A DNA stretch of 64,000 nucleotides from Octopus bimaculoides (Eukaryota), in the NCBI RefSeq assembly GCF_001194135.2, contig NC_068983.1, positions 131,555,714 through 131,619,713 on the forward strand, given 5' to 3'. The translations under genes were made by a program, and so were the position numbers. Shown piece by piece: positions 38,145-51,585 of this stretch. The notes beneath the pieces were generated by a model that was not told the DNA's origin, made no database searches, and saw nothing but the letters and a program-made list of their open reading frames with translations. The first letter of the stretch is position 1; each line of letters starts with the position of its first letter.

Positions 38145-38799
38145 TATATATATATATACATATATGTATACAAATATACATATATATGTATATAAATAAT
38201 ATACAATATATATATATACATGGATACGTACGTATACATACATAGTATTATATTCATCCATGCATACATAGATAATCGTATACACATTTAGATATATTAC
38301 ATACATATATGCATCTAAGCATACACACAAACCTGCACACTCACACATACACATACACACACGCACGCATACACACACACACACACACACACGTATATGG
38401 TATGAATGGATACAATCATATATATGTGGATATAAATAAATGAATGCTATTTGTGTTCCAGTGGAGTCTGTGAATTAATAAAAGTTAGGAAATTGTTCTC
38501 ATTTTCATATGAGCAATGGAGAAGAAAGAGAAGAAAATAGATAAGTAATAAAAATTCATGATAGAAAGAAAAGGAGAAGAATCTAAAAAAAAAAATGTTG
38601 AGAATGTTTCTTCACCATTTGTGTGGTGGAATCTCGAAGCAATATTGATCAAATTATATTGTTTTTGATGCAAATCATTATTTCCGTTAATAGTGGTGCT
38701 GCTCAGTTTCCTACTGCTACGCAGAAAATATGGCAGTTAAGCAATCATTTATTACTAATATCTGCATAAATGATGATAATGATGATGATGATGATGATG

Positions 38800-38869
<70 letters not shown>

Positions 38870-38870
<1 letters not shown>

Positions 38871-38984
38871 CACTTTCAATACAGTAAACATAAGAGCACC
38901 ACAGCAAACCACAGCACATACCCAAGGCGCACAGAGCTGCGCTCGGTAGTGAAGTGAAAGCACGTTATAAAAATAAAACTACTG
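38870..38984 (+). mobile_element. Probable 3' UTR fragment of the R4/Dong-like LINE, between (AAT)n tracts
   Basis: Non-coding segment ending ...aaaactactg(aat)n immediately before the RLE fragment. The assignment is inference. Confidence 0.4.
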
Positions 38985-39005
38985 AATAATAATAATAATA
39001 ATCAG

Positions 39006-39350
39006 GTCACAGAAAACGAGAAAGCAACCATACTGTGGGATATGCCAATACACACAGATAGAGAAATTAAGGCCAATAGACCAGATATAGTTGTCAAAGA
39101 TCATGAAGGAAAAAAATGCTTTCTAATTGATGTATCAATACCAGCAGATGACAACGTTTCCCTAAAAGAAATAGAGAAACGTTCAACATGCAAAGACCTG
39201 GAAATAGGGGTAACTCCAATGTGGAATCTAAAAACAGAAACAATTCCTATCGTAGTAGGTGCCTTAGATATAATAAAAACATATTCAGACAAATACATAA
39301 CAAAAACACCAGGACTGACAAATATATATAACATACAGAAAATTGCTATG
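39006..39350 (+). mobile_element. R4/Dong-like non-LTR element, restriction-like endonuclease fragment
   Basis: VTENEKATILWDMPIHTDREIKANRPDIVVKDHEGKKCFLIDVSIPADDN...KEIEK...IPIVVGAL, a PD-(D/E)xK RLE signature. Confidence 0.88.
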
Positions 39351-39990
39351 TTAAAACCATCAACTATCTCTTGGATTTGGATGATCTCAAATTGTATCCT
39401 GCCAATGATAAATAACAGGAAATATTGCTACAAATAGTGCATGAATTATCACAGAAATAAATAAGAAATTCAGCCTAGAAAAGTGTGCTAAACCAAACTT
39501 GAAAAGAGGAAAACTAATTAAGAATAATAATATCACATAAGATAAAGAAAATGAAATAATGGAACTAGACTAAAACTAAACATACTAATACTTATGAATC
39601 AATGAACTAGATACAGTACAACACACACAAATGAAAGAAATGATAAAGAAAGAATATTATATACGCATTAAATTAATACTCCAAAAAGCGTTCAATGTGA
39701 AAAATAGGATAATAGGCATCAATAATCTAACAGTCCTAGTTATAAATAACAGTTACAATATTTTTAACTGGACACTAAATGAGCTAGCCAAACTAGTCAG
39801 GAAAGCAAGAAAAATAATGACGGAATTTAAAACACAGCATCCAAAATCTGACATAGAAAGGTTATATATGCAAGTTGGTAGAGGCCTTATACAACTAGAA
39901 AACTACTATGCACTATCCACCGTAGGACTACAAAAATATATACGTCAGAACCCAGGAATATTGATACAAATAGACATAAAGCATGAGCAA
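39351..39990 (+). mobile_element. R4/Dong-like non-LTR element, RT C-terminal fragment
   Basis: TINYLLDLDDLKLY (YMDD-equivalent), LEKCAK, and MKEMIKKEYYIRIKLIL...NKNRIIGIN-like segment...HPKSDIERLY..GRGLIQLE. Confidence 0.85.
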
Positions 39991-40020
39991 AACAAAAATC
40001 TGTGTAAATGTTCAACATTT

Positions 40021-40318
40021 GAAACGTAAGAACGTTTTACAAATTATATGCATGTTCCAGCCATTTGTAGTTTATAAATTAGGAGGTTACTTTCTTTCTC
40101 CACATGAATTACAGAGTTACGTTCTTTCTCCACAAATCTATGTTCAGTCATATTATGGTCAGTTGGTATAAAACCTACAGCTCCAACAGTAACGGGCATG
40201 AAATTGAACATGTATCCTGGATCTGCAAACTTCTCTTCAATGGACCGTGGGTATTCCACTGCTCTTGAATTTTTCTTACCACATGACATCAAGTGGGCAG
40301 CTAACTTCTATGACTGAG
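40021..40318 (-). mobile_element. 3' end of a second RLE-type non-LTR element
   Basis: The minus strand gives VIEVSCPLD...FNFMPVTVGAVGFIP...LIYKLQ...IICKTFL across frameshifts. Confidence 0.65.
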
Positions 40319-40365
40319 AATGTTTTAATGTATTGTTAATATTATGCTGACTGTATTTTAATTTA

Positions 40366-40958
40366 GTGGCAGGTGGCATGGTACTCGGAGTCGTGGCGTT
40401 TGACGGAAAAAAAGTTGCTTCTCCATTTTTCAAGTATGGGGAAAAGGTGGCGGCTGAAGTTTATTATAAAGTCCTGCGGTAGAAGTTTTGACCAAGTTTA
40501 ACTACTCAAACGATAATTTTGTGTTGATCCAAGATGGTGCTCCTGCTCATACGGTGGAGAAAGTGCAGAAGTTCTGCGAAGACAACTTCGACGACTTTTG
40601 GCCTGCCAACTTCTGGCCTTTTTTCAGCCCATACTTGAGCCCCTTGGACTATGCTGTATGCGGAAAATTGGAGCACTCTACCAACAGAACTTCGCATCCA
40701 AGTGTCGATCATCTTAAGCAAGTCCTGAGGGAAGAGTGGGATAACATGTCAAAGTACTTCATCATGAAGAATTGTGACGCCTTCAGGCAGCGTGTGAAGG
40801 CTGTGGGGGACAATGAAGGCGGACATATTGAATAAATTATCTCTTTATACACCATTAAACTTGCGTTTAAATTATATTTATGCCAGGTTGCTGGTTGTTG
40901 TAAAATAAACAATTTGGTAAATTATCTATTATTTTCCAAGTTTTGGTTACCCCCCTTG
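40366..40958 (+). mobile_element. maT (DD37D) Tc1/mariner-superfamily transposon, 3' half
   Basis: MVLGVVAFDGKK...QDGAPAH-[37 aa counted between the two D]-SPYLSPLDY...EGGHIE*. The right end ...accccccttg|TA is at 40958. Confidence 0.9.
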
Positions 40959-41009
40959 TATATATTCACACTGAGGATAAACGGAAAAATGAACATAAAC
41001 ATATCCCAT

Positions 41010-41291
41010 TTGTTATCACTCAAAATCCCAAGAACCACAATAATCTACAAACAGCCAAACGAAGATTATAGTGGGGAAACAAAAACGAAATTAACCCACC
41101 GTGTAAATGTGCATAGACATCAAATAAAACATCCTGCAGTTAGATGCATACCATGTAGCGATCATTTGGACACCTGTGCACAAAGCTAATATATAATTTT
41201 CCCTCTTCATAAAATAAATGAAGAGAACGACCTTCTCCGGAAGGCAAAAGAAGAATATTTCATAAGCTTTCTGAGTCCGAAACTAAACTGG
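41010..41291 (+). mobile_element. Penelope-like element GIY-YIG endonuclease C-terminal fragment
   Basis: One frame with one stop: IIYKQPNEDYSGETKTKLTHRVNVHRHQI...CSDHLDTCAQS*YIIFPLHKINEENDLLRKAKEEYFISFLSPKLN, carrying the Y-x-GET, R..H and R..KE..FI..P.LN motifs. Confidence 0.8.
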
Positions 41292-41341
41292 AAATATTCA
41301 ACAATTTTACAGAAAATAACTTTCACTATATATAATAACAC

Positions 41342-41377
41342 GTGCTTGAGAACGTTAAGAACTGAAAGCGCTTGCAC
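41342..41377 (+). ncRNA. Candidate minimal hammerhead ribozyme with a U3:A8 core variant
   Basis: Stem I GTGC/GCAC, core TTGAGAA, short stem II gtt-aag-aac, GAA plus palindromic stem III AGCGCT, and H17=U. It lies about 50 nt after the PLE ORF end. Confidence 0.5.
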
Positions 41378-41620
41378 ATTTATAAAAGCAAAACCTACAC
41401 ACATTTTGTGAAATCTCTTCCCACAAGTCTTTCGACTTTCTAAAANNNNNNNNNNNNNNNNNNNNNNNNNNNNNNNNNNNNNNNNNNNNNNNNNNNNNNN
41501 NNNNNNNNNNNNNNNNNNNNNNNNNNNNNNNNNNNNNNNNNNNNNNNNNNNNNNNNNNNNNNNNNNNNNNNNNNNNNNNNNNNNNNNNNNNNNNNNNNNN
41601 NNNNNNNNNNNNNNNNNNNN

Positions 41621-41654
<34 letters not shown>

Positions 41655-42816
41655 TATATTATATTATATTGTATTATATTACATTATATTACATTATATT
41701 ATATTATGTTATGTTACGTTATATCATATAATGTGATATTTGCTCTGAAAAAGAATAAAGCGAGAAATCATTATTCACTGTTGCCAGCTGCGAACTCTGA
41801 GTAATAAATCTGAAGTTTTCAATATGTCGAATTTTTTCAATATTTAAATATATTTCGTTATCCTATCCTATTATGCAATAAATGGCCAGACTATTCAAAA
41901 ATCGTTATACTTCAAAAGTTCGACTCCTCTTCTGATTGCAATATAATTTATTCTACTAAGCGAACTATTAGTATTCTATATTTTTCCGACGCACTCACTG
42001 CTACTTCCCGTGTAATATGCTGTTTACGTTGATATTTCAAGACATATGGTCATTAAAATAAAACATTCTAATGTCTTTTATTAATTATTTTCATTTCCAA
42101 AAGAATTTTGTGATTCTTTGAAGACAAATACATCAACATATTTTTCGTTTTGCTTTTATTTCTATGCATTTATATTCTCCGTTCCTCATTACATTCTTCT
42201 GAGCAGTTGTACTGCCAACTAATAACAGCTATTAAAACAGGATAAAGATATGAATATGAATATTCAAAGAGATTTTTATGCATGAATATGTTTTTCTAAT
42301 GTTCGTCATTGAAGTCATTCTCTATTTAAAAGTATCTTTTGAATTAAAATTTTGCTTGAATATGCATGTCTTTACGCATGCATATTCATACTAACACACG
42401 CACACACACATATATATATAGACACAAACACACGAACAAACATACATACACACAACCACATGCACACACATGCATACACACACTCATGTAAACCCACTTT
42501 TTCTCTCTCTGCCTCCTTCAACTATACCTACAGTTTTGTTTACGCCTAAAAGAAAAGTGATCTTTATAAATTGTTATTGTTTATATTTGTGAGGAAGCAA
42601 ATGTTGTGTTACGTCTGCTCATTCAATCAACAGTGGAAGGACGTTAGAAGAAGAAACGAGTCTCTGAGATACAGATTTAGTATATGTTCATTGCTCAAGG
42701 CAGATCACAGGGCTTTTCATGTCATAAATTGATATACACATATATGCCATACTTTTTGAATGATTTGAAATTATTTAAAACGTATTTTAATTGTCAGATA
42801 AAATCTTTTACACACA

Positions 42817-42885
<69 letters not shown>

Positions 42886-43489
42886 GCCATACACACCCTG
42901 CTTACACACGCACGCACACACACACACACACATACACACATATATTGATGATGTCCTGAGAATTCTGGAACGGATGAAGCTATAATAACGTTTAAAGATT
43001 AGGTAAAAAAAAAAAAAAAAAAGCTCTATATAGAAAGGGTCGACGGTTGCCTGCAGAACTCAAACTCAAATCTTTTGTAAAGAGGTTGTACCACTGGACC
43101 AAAGTCATCTGTCGGATATCTCTCTCCATTTAGGAATTTGTACGTAGAGAGAGAAAGAGATAGAATAAGAGGAAGGGAGAGGGGGAGAGAGAAAGAGAGG
43201 CAGAGGGATGTTGCTACCGCTGGCTTTAGCATCTTATATATAGAAAGCACTCAGACCTGAAGGGGAAGTGCAACGAACATAATACATCGGCTCAAATGTT
43301 TATAGAATTGCTTGTGTACTTGAGACGCATAAAAGTTGTCCTGAAGGTGCAGTCTCGATTGACAATAAATAGATAATACACCAGTTCACTATGCCGTGAT
43401 GTCGCTATTTCAGAATCTAGAATGAATGAATTAACCATAGTTCACAATTGCGTGATATGCAACTATATGAAATACCTCTGTCCACGACG

Positions 43490-43735
43490 ACCCAGACCAT
43501 AGTGGATACGTAGAGGTTCTTGTCCTTCTATCTGAATCCCCATATTTGCTGGTTGCATCATCTCTCAGGCGTTTCGTGGTGAGTAACTTGTAGTAAGATA
43601 CGTACTCACTGACATTGGTGAAGTCAGTTGAGTGGACTGGAGCAACATCATATAAATTATCCAAAGAAAGAGTACATTGCACCGAGCGGAAATCGAACTC
43701 ATAACGTTTGATCAAATCACCTTTTACCTAACCAC
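43490..43735 (-). mobile_element. Old tRNA/CORE-type SINE with another tail variant
   Basis: gttgagtggactggagcaac...gaaatcgaactcataacgtt...ctaaccacg matches the head and central block of 17400-17660 and 26760-27100. Confidence 0.55.
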
Positions 43736-43958
43736 GAAGAGTCGCACCTTCTGCATGTACGAATATATTTCTACATCAACGTATGTAGATACGCAAGTGC
43801 GCACTCACGAAACCTTATGCAATGTAAGTCTGAACCAACTTATAAAATATTTACAACCACAAGTAATGTGCTGAGTGTAATCTTCTTGCATGTGTGTTCA
43901 TGTACAGAATATGTATATGTATATGTGTGTGTGTATCTATATGTATATGTAGGTAAAA

Positions 43959-43992
<34 letters not shown>

Positions 43993-46379
43993 NNNNNNNN
44001 NNNNNNNNNNNNNNNNNNNNNNNNNNNNNNNNNNNNNNNNNNNNNNNNNNNNNNNNNNNNNNNNNNNNNNNNNNNNNNNNNNNNNNNNNNNNNNNNNNNN
44101 NNNNNNNNNNNNNNNNNNNNNNNNNNNNNNNNNNNNNNNNNNNNNNNNNNNNNNNNNNNNNNNNNNNNNNNNNNNNNNNNNNNNNNNNNNNNNNNNNNNN
44201 NNNNNNNNNNNNNNNNNNNNNNNNNNNNNNNNNNNNNNNNNNNNNNNNNNNNNNNNNNNNNNNNNNNNNNNNNNNNNNNNNNNNNNNNNNNNNNNNNNNN
44301 NNNNNNNNNNNNNNNNNNNNNNNNNNNNNNNNNNNNNNNNNNNNNNNNNNNNNNNNNNNNNNNNNNNNNNNNNNNNNNNNNNNNNNNNNNNNNNNNNNNN
44401 NNNNNNNNNNNNNNNNNNNNNNNNNNNNNNNNNNNNNNNNGTGTGTGTGTTTGCGTGTATATAATTTATTTAGGCAGCAGTAAGCAAATGTGTACTAACA
44501 AGGAGAACTATTACCGTCATTAAATATGACTGAGGGTGTTATAAATACCTTCATTGCTAGAAATACTAGCTATATGTTTGTGTTCGTGTGTCTGTGAGTT
44601 AATGTGTGTATGTGCCTGTTTTTATACGCACATATGTGTTTGTATGAGTGAATGTGTGTATGTGACTGCGTTTCTATACATTCATATTTCATGGATACAC
44701 AAAAGTTGTATACACACACACAAATATACGCATACTTTGATTATCTATGTATCCATTTCTCTCACTCTCTCTTTCTCTCCCTTATTCTCTCTCTCCACAC
44801 ATACACACACACACAGACGCACACACACATACATACACGCACACACACACATATGTATATCATCCATGTATACTTAAATATATGTATATACACAAACACA
44901 TACATTGATACACACATATATACACTCACGAATATACATTCATATGCATTCACACTTACACACCAAATAAAATGGAATGAGAGAATGATGATAGTGGTGT
45001 TATGGTATGTTTGTCGGTAAATCGATAATTGTGGTGGTTGCTGTGGAGATATATATCAAGTTTATTGATGCATATAGTGAAATGTTTCTACTAATATCTT
45101 TGTTTTATGGCCCAACTACTTATAGAATGAACAAATGAAATATATATAGAATTAGACGAACTACCTTAATCATCGTGAAAGAACCAACAATAATCTCCTA
45201 TAGATATATGCAGACATTAACCAAATTATTGTCTGCGAAATTTCGCTGTACTTATGCGTCCTTTAGACGTTCTGTCCACCAATAGAAACAAACGCCATTA
45301 TACGAAACTATTTACATTATACTGCTGACATATCTCACTCGCGATATCTTTTTATCTTTCTTCTTTCGTTCGTATTTTTGAATGAGGCGTCTAAAATCAG
45401 TCCTTCATTTTGATCGAATTACTTGGCTTCCTGATTAGATGCATCCTACATTGGGTAATGCGCTAAATTGACGTATATATGAGATGAGACTTAGAGCACA
45501 TAAACAACACTTTAATCTCAACAGACTTACAACATAGATGGGTATAGATCACTATACACTGAAATTAAACCGCTGCTCCCATTGTTTTGTGCGGTGATCT
45601 ATATTATATTGCTATACTCTGGGTAGTGAACGTTTCACTCCTTTGCAACTCACTGACCTCACCCCTGTACCTGGTCGTATCGTAAATTACCAATATTTGT
45701 AGATACTATGGAAGAGGATAAAAATAAAGTTTATTCAACCAAAACCAACATAGGAAAAGGGGGTGAGATTTCTATCATAAAGCTCAATTAATAAAGTTAA
45801 TTAGATTCAAAATATTTATACTGCCACGAAAATAAATATTTTGCAAGCAATATTAAACGTTCAGTAGGAATTCAAAGATTCCATAAACAAATTTATTCTT
45901 AATGTAATTGAAAAAAATAATGTGTTTCTAAAACTAAATCACATCAGAATTTATTAACGGCTTAATCAGAAGATAAAGAATGGCAACAATATCCTTCCTC
46001 TGTAAGTGAGTTGTCAGGAAGGGAGGAAGCTACACACAGAACGGGCCAGGGGGTGGTGTTAAACCGGAAACCGGACTACAAGTTACTTATACTGCTCAAA
46101 AATAGGAATGGTACTATATATATAGGCTACCACTCAGTTTCCCCCACACAAATTTCATTCACAAGGCTTTATTCGAGCTGAGACAATGATAGACAACAAT
46201 TAGCCAATGCTGTGCAGTGTAATTAAACCTGAAAGTGATACGAAGTGAACTTCTAGATCAACCATTCAAAACTACCATCACTTATTTGCCAGACGTGCGT
46301 ATTTTTTTCTTTTATTGCGATATAGCACCTCCAGGAATGAAATTCTACAACGTATTTTAAAGATTTAGGAAGTGATTTA

Positions 46380-47030
46380 GAAGGAAGCTGTAAGTAGGTT
46401 ACGGTCTCGTCTGGAAAAGGAGGAGGAGTAACACAAGAAGTGGTAGAGTCGGATTGGTTGAGACAGAATTATCTGAGGATGGTATTTGAATGGAAAACAA
46501 CACTGAAAGAAAGTTTTTTGTGGATGGGTATCGAAATAGGATGGTAGAGATGCCAGTATTGGTGAAGGCACGGGGGCGAACAACATCGTCGGGTGGTTGA
46601 ATTTCATAATGTTGTCAGAAGAAGCAGAATTGTTGGTGGAAAATGACCTATTTGTTTTGTGTAGGGTAAGATTATATCAATACCGAAATAGAAGCGATAG
46701 TTGACAGATTTGTAATACACTGAAATGGAGAGGTTTTTGACAGTCGTTGAAAATGGAAGTCTAGGAAGTTGCCAGAGACGGAGGAGATGGTAGAAGTGAA
46801 TTCTAAGGCAGGGTGGATGGAGTGAGCAAAGACACTAGAGGCTGTGAGCTGTGAAAGGTAGATGGCTTGGAACTAAAAGAAAAAGGAAATGAAAAGGCGA
46901 AGGGCGTGGTTGGTGTCATAAATGTGTGATCGGAGAGTTACTACGAACAAAGAGAGGAGTTTGTATATGAGATCGGAGGCAGTTGCATGCAGTGATGGTG
47001 CATAGTAGATGATCCACAAGCACTTAAGCA
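46380..47030 (-). mobile_element. Decayed Penelope-like (Neptune-type) RT and linker fragment
   Basis: The minus strand gives FAHSIHPALEFTSTISSVSGNFLD, then LSISVYYKSV, and later KYHP...FSRRDRNL. Confidence 0.72.
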
Positions 47031-47523
47031 AATTGCAAGGCAGCAGTAGGCCTCAAGAGATTAACACTTTATTTTACTCAACCCTCATTTGTTGTTCACG
47101 ACAAGAGAATCCATCATCATGTATACGTATATATATATGTGCGTGTACATATATGTATGCATGTATGTATGTATGTATGTATATATATATATATATATGT
47201 TGCTGTACTTGGGGATGGTCATATTGCCAGTTTAGCCAATAAAAATACACGCACTGTATATTTGGTGTTAATTTGCTTCAGCTTTATATTACATTACATT
47301 ACATTACATTACATTACATTAATCCTATTTCGGCCAGAGTTCTTTCGTCACACTTCTGTGACCTCATCAGTGGTCCTTTGCTTTCTTCTTTCTTATGTGT
47401 GTCCCACCTTGCTAACTATTTATATATATGTATATGTATATATATACACACACACACGCACTCACAAACACACACTCACAAACACACATATAAAGAAAAT
47501 GAGAGAGAGAAACAGAAAGGAAG

Positions 47524-48450
47524 TGAGTGCAAGAGGTATTGAGCACATATTTTTTAATTTGATAAAACAACTCTAATCTAACAGCAAAAAAAAAAACACA
47601 ATTTGTATTGTAACAAAAAATTGTGAAAATGTTCTGGATAAGCTTGCTTATAAAGTTATTCTATGAATCTGCCTTCATCTTCAATAACTGCTTCAAAGCA
47701 GGAGGAAAATCGTTGGCCTTCCTGAGCTAAATGGTCCTTATTCATTTCGGATATCATATGGACTATACCGACTTTCAAAAATGCTATGGCATTTTGAAGA
47801 TGTCGATTAGTCTCCTTTTCAACAACGTTCCAAAAGTAATACCTCATGAGATTTAAATGTAGCGAGTTTGGAAGCCACGTGTTTGGGGGTAGAGAATCAT
47901 AAAGATTGTCTGAAATTCACTTCATTCTTGGGTTACGTGGGCATTGCGAGTTGTGAGTTTGTTGAAACACATATGGCCTTCCGCTGCATATTTCATCCAT
48001 CTATGGATTAACAACTGCCTTCAGCACCTCAACGAATCTATTAACATTAAAAGATGTGGAAAGATGTGGATAGAATGACATCATCCTGGTTACTTACCAC
48101 TCCTAAAAGTATCACAGTTGCTGGAAACTCAGTACGCATTACTTTGGAAATATCAAAAGGATCTGCACATAATCATCTGTCATTTCTTGTTTGTATTTTG
48201 CTTTTGGTTTAAGTTTTTCGCATCAGAGAAGCAGCAAGAGATGTTTTGTTTGTGAAGGTTTTCAACCTTTTTAAGAAACCGCTTGGCACGGATCAAGTAG
48301 TTTTCCTGTCTTTGCAGAGATGAATTGGCGTCTTCTTAATATATACCACTTGTATAGAATTTGTCTGAGCACCACAGTTCTGACAGTCCACTCCGATACT
48401 TGAAGTTCTTTGGTCACGGATCTCATTGATTTTCTAGAATCATCATCAAT
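47524..48450 (-). mobile_element. Second decayed maT-type transposase
   Basis: AKELQVSEWTVR, FSDAKN, VMRTEFPATVILLGVVSN, GRPYVFQQ, and YYFWNVVEKETN...FEAVIEDEGRFIE*. Confidence 0.8.
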
Positions 48451-48806
48451 ATTTTGGTTCCATTAAATGAATTGCTGTGTCCTTATAGTGTCCGAACGTT
48501 TAGAATATTTTTTCCATTGATACAATTGAGACATTCCCACCAGAAGCTTCCAACCCCAGATAAACTTTATGTACAAAAGATCATGCCACATTTAGAAAAG
48601 TGGCAATTTGTAACTCGCTATGTTACGCACATAAGGCAGCAATTACTGCATGTTTTTTTTGTTTTTTTGTCTTACTATTTTATCTGCTATGGAGGGGCTG
48701 AAAGTCTGAAAGAAATAAAAACCTTTTAATTAGTTTGAAAAGAGTAATACAATGATATTTAGATATCTTCAAATACCTTTGCACCTACACACACACGCAC
48801 AATCAC

Positions 48807-48910
<104 letters not shown>

Positions 48911-49299
48911 ATGTAATATAGGTATGCTTTGTCAGACTCCTATGGTATTCTACAAAAAGAGAAAGAAAAAGAAATGAAAAAATATTCGGCAAATAGTTAC
49001 TGCTCAAGACAGATTATATTTCCAGAATAATCAAACTTTAGCACTTAATATAGCTAGCCATCATGCTACAGATGATATCTGACGAATTATATATATATTT
49101 TGCAATTATTGTGGGTCATTCGCGGTTCAGTGCCACGATAGCAACACTTTCATGTTTCCCACCTTGCAAACATATGTCACAGCAAACAAATTTTGTTTTA
49201 GCTTACAGTACAAATGAAGAGATGTAAAAATTTCAAGTACTCTTGACCTGTGTATATAACTGAGGCAAAGTATTACAAACGTAATACAAGAAAGTTCAC

Positions 49300-50560
49300 C
49301 AATACAACGGTGATGTGATATATGAAAGCAGACTGTGTATCAGTAACAAGAGGATTGCCGCTTATAGATTACAGAATTGTAAACAGGTTTATAGGACCTT
49401 TAAGAAACGAAATAGGTAATGTACCGAGTTGCTTACAGACTAACTTCTATGACTCAGAGAAACAGATAAGGCAACTCATTGAAAGAGTGCCAAAAACAAT
49501 GCCGAGTTCACAATGAAAATATATTTCAGATAATTCATTCTCCTTTGATTTTGTTCCGAAAAAAACAAACTGATGCTGGAAATATTCCTGCGGATGTGGA
49601 AATAGGTTTACATGCTGATAAAAGAAATAAAAACCGATAATGAACATTTTGGTGCATATAATTAGCCAGATAGAAACGAACTTATTCTTGGAGGAGATTT
49701 TCGCGAGGTTCAACCTGAAATACAGAAAGGTACTGCACTCATCTGTTATTGGTGATTGTTTTTGTTTTAAAAGCCTCCAAAATTTGAAACTCGTGCTAAG
49801 TTTTCCATCTCAATACTTGTATGAGAGTTCTGAAATTGTCGAAATACTATTGCAATATCTTTATACGTGACGTGCGCACTGGAGGCAGAATTTTTTGTGT
49901 TGTTAGAAACTAATAAAGAGAAACCACTGAAACACTTCTTTTGTTTCTTGCCAATAGCAAGGAAGAATTAATTCTACATGTATAAACGAGGTTAGAAATT
50001 TAATTGCAATGTCCAGTGGTTATAATCAAGTGATATTTTAAAATTGCAAAATGAAGTGGACACACTTGACAGTGAACTTATTGACAAGCATCCAAGAAGG
50101 ACTACCATACTTAAATATGTTGACTATTTCCCAGCTTTGATCTACCTAAACATCGCAATTCCTCTTCAATATAACTAGAGTGTCACTTCACATTATCACA
50201 GTAAAATTTCGAGCCCCCATTTTGTTGCTGATGAATCTTAATAGTTTACACATCCACTTTAACTAAAATGTTATACGTTTTTATCTGCTATCGACATGAT
50301 CATAAAAGTAAATAAAATTACTGAAACTGACTCAAGAACGACGTACTTCGTTGATTTTCCGTGGAAACTTGTAACCATCTAATACGAATTTGCCTTTCAC
50401 TTTATAACGGTGTCAGTTCATTTTCAAACCTGTAGTCACCCTGTCGATTAACAGAAGTCAGGGGCAAAGTTTCAAAAATGTCACATTTATCTTCGAGCTT
50501 CAGTGTTCATTTATGGTTAGATCTATATTACATTTGTTAAGAGTTAGGATCCTTCATACG
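49300..50560 (+). mobile_element. Decayed Helitron RepHel PIF1-like helicase
   Basis: LILGGDFREVQPEIQKG at 49681-49731 (motif III) and LPFTL*RCQF...SINRSQGQSF at 50390-50473 (equivalent to TINKSQGQS). Many stops and frameshifts. Confidence 0.8.
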
Positions 50561-51432
50561 TAACGATTTATGGTAACCAAAGTCAATTTACAGTATCAAA
50601 AAGATACTGCAGGTGTAGGACGCCTGTGAAAGTATTATAAAATATTGTCAGAATTTTCTGTTAGGGATATTTGTATACAATTTGTATAAAGAAATAAAAA
50701 TATAAAAGCCGTTATTTCCTTTGTTTCATTCCAAGTTTCATTTATATCAAAACTGATTCACGTTTCTTCTAATTAATTCTTTCTAAAGTATAAGCCTATA
50801 ATTCAGTGAAGAATTACATCACTTAATTCCTATTTAGAACAACAAATCATCCACTGATATAACATAAAATCCAATAGTATATAACTTAAAGTAAACAGAA
50901 AATGGAGAAATATTGATCAACAACAATTGACTACCATCAATTATTACTTTTTAATACAAATAGGCTGTATCCCATCCAACAGCTGTTTCTGCTTCCAATG
51001 TTCTATGGTATTGCCATTGCAAGTTCTGAAAATAATATTCATCATATTTGGTAATACATCCGATCTGGAAAAATGGAGCTTCATCAAAGTGAGAAAAAAA
51101 AAACACACATAAAAGAAAAGAAAAGAAGTACCGCGAGAAGATGAAAAACTTAATATATTTAAATCATACCATTTTGCATATGTGTCGCTCCAGGACATTG
51201 AGTAAATGACAAAACTCAAATTAGTAATTGGTAGGTTAATTTTTCTATGTGGGCAACAGGGTGGGTAAGTAATAAAAAGTGAAATAAAACATTTATCATA
51301 ACGGGATACACCAATAGGTTTAGACAAAGAGTGAGAGTGCCATAACGTTTTGAAGTAATCATGATAGTTCTTAAAATTATGCTAATAGTACTAATTAATA
51401 GTTTATCAGAATAAAGTGACCTAAAGTGACCT

Positions 51433-51585
51433 AAATTTTGAGAATTATAATACAGAGTCCAACTTCTGAACTGACTTCCACATTACCTAAGCGGTGGGCT
51501 GACTAGACAATCTAGTCACCCCGCTTCTTAGGTACTGTGAATGTTAGTTCAGAAGTTAAACCTTGTATTATAATTCTCTAAATTT
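51433..51585. repeat. 153-bp imperfect palindrome (MITE-like foldback)
   Basis: Arms 51433-51507 and 51511-51585 with a 3-nt loop CAA. Shared blocks include gagaattataataca, aacttctgaact, tacctaag and tgactaga. Confidence 0.9.
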
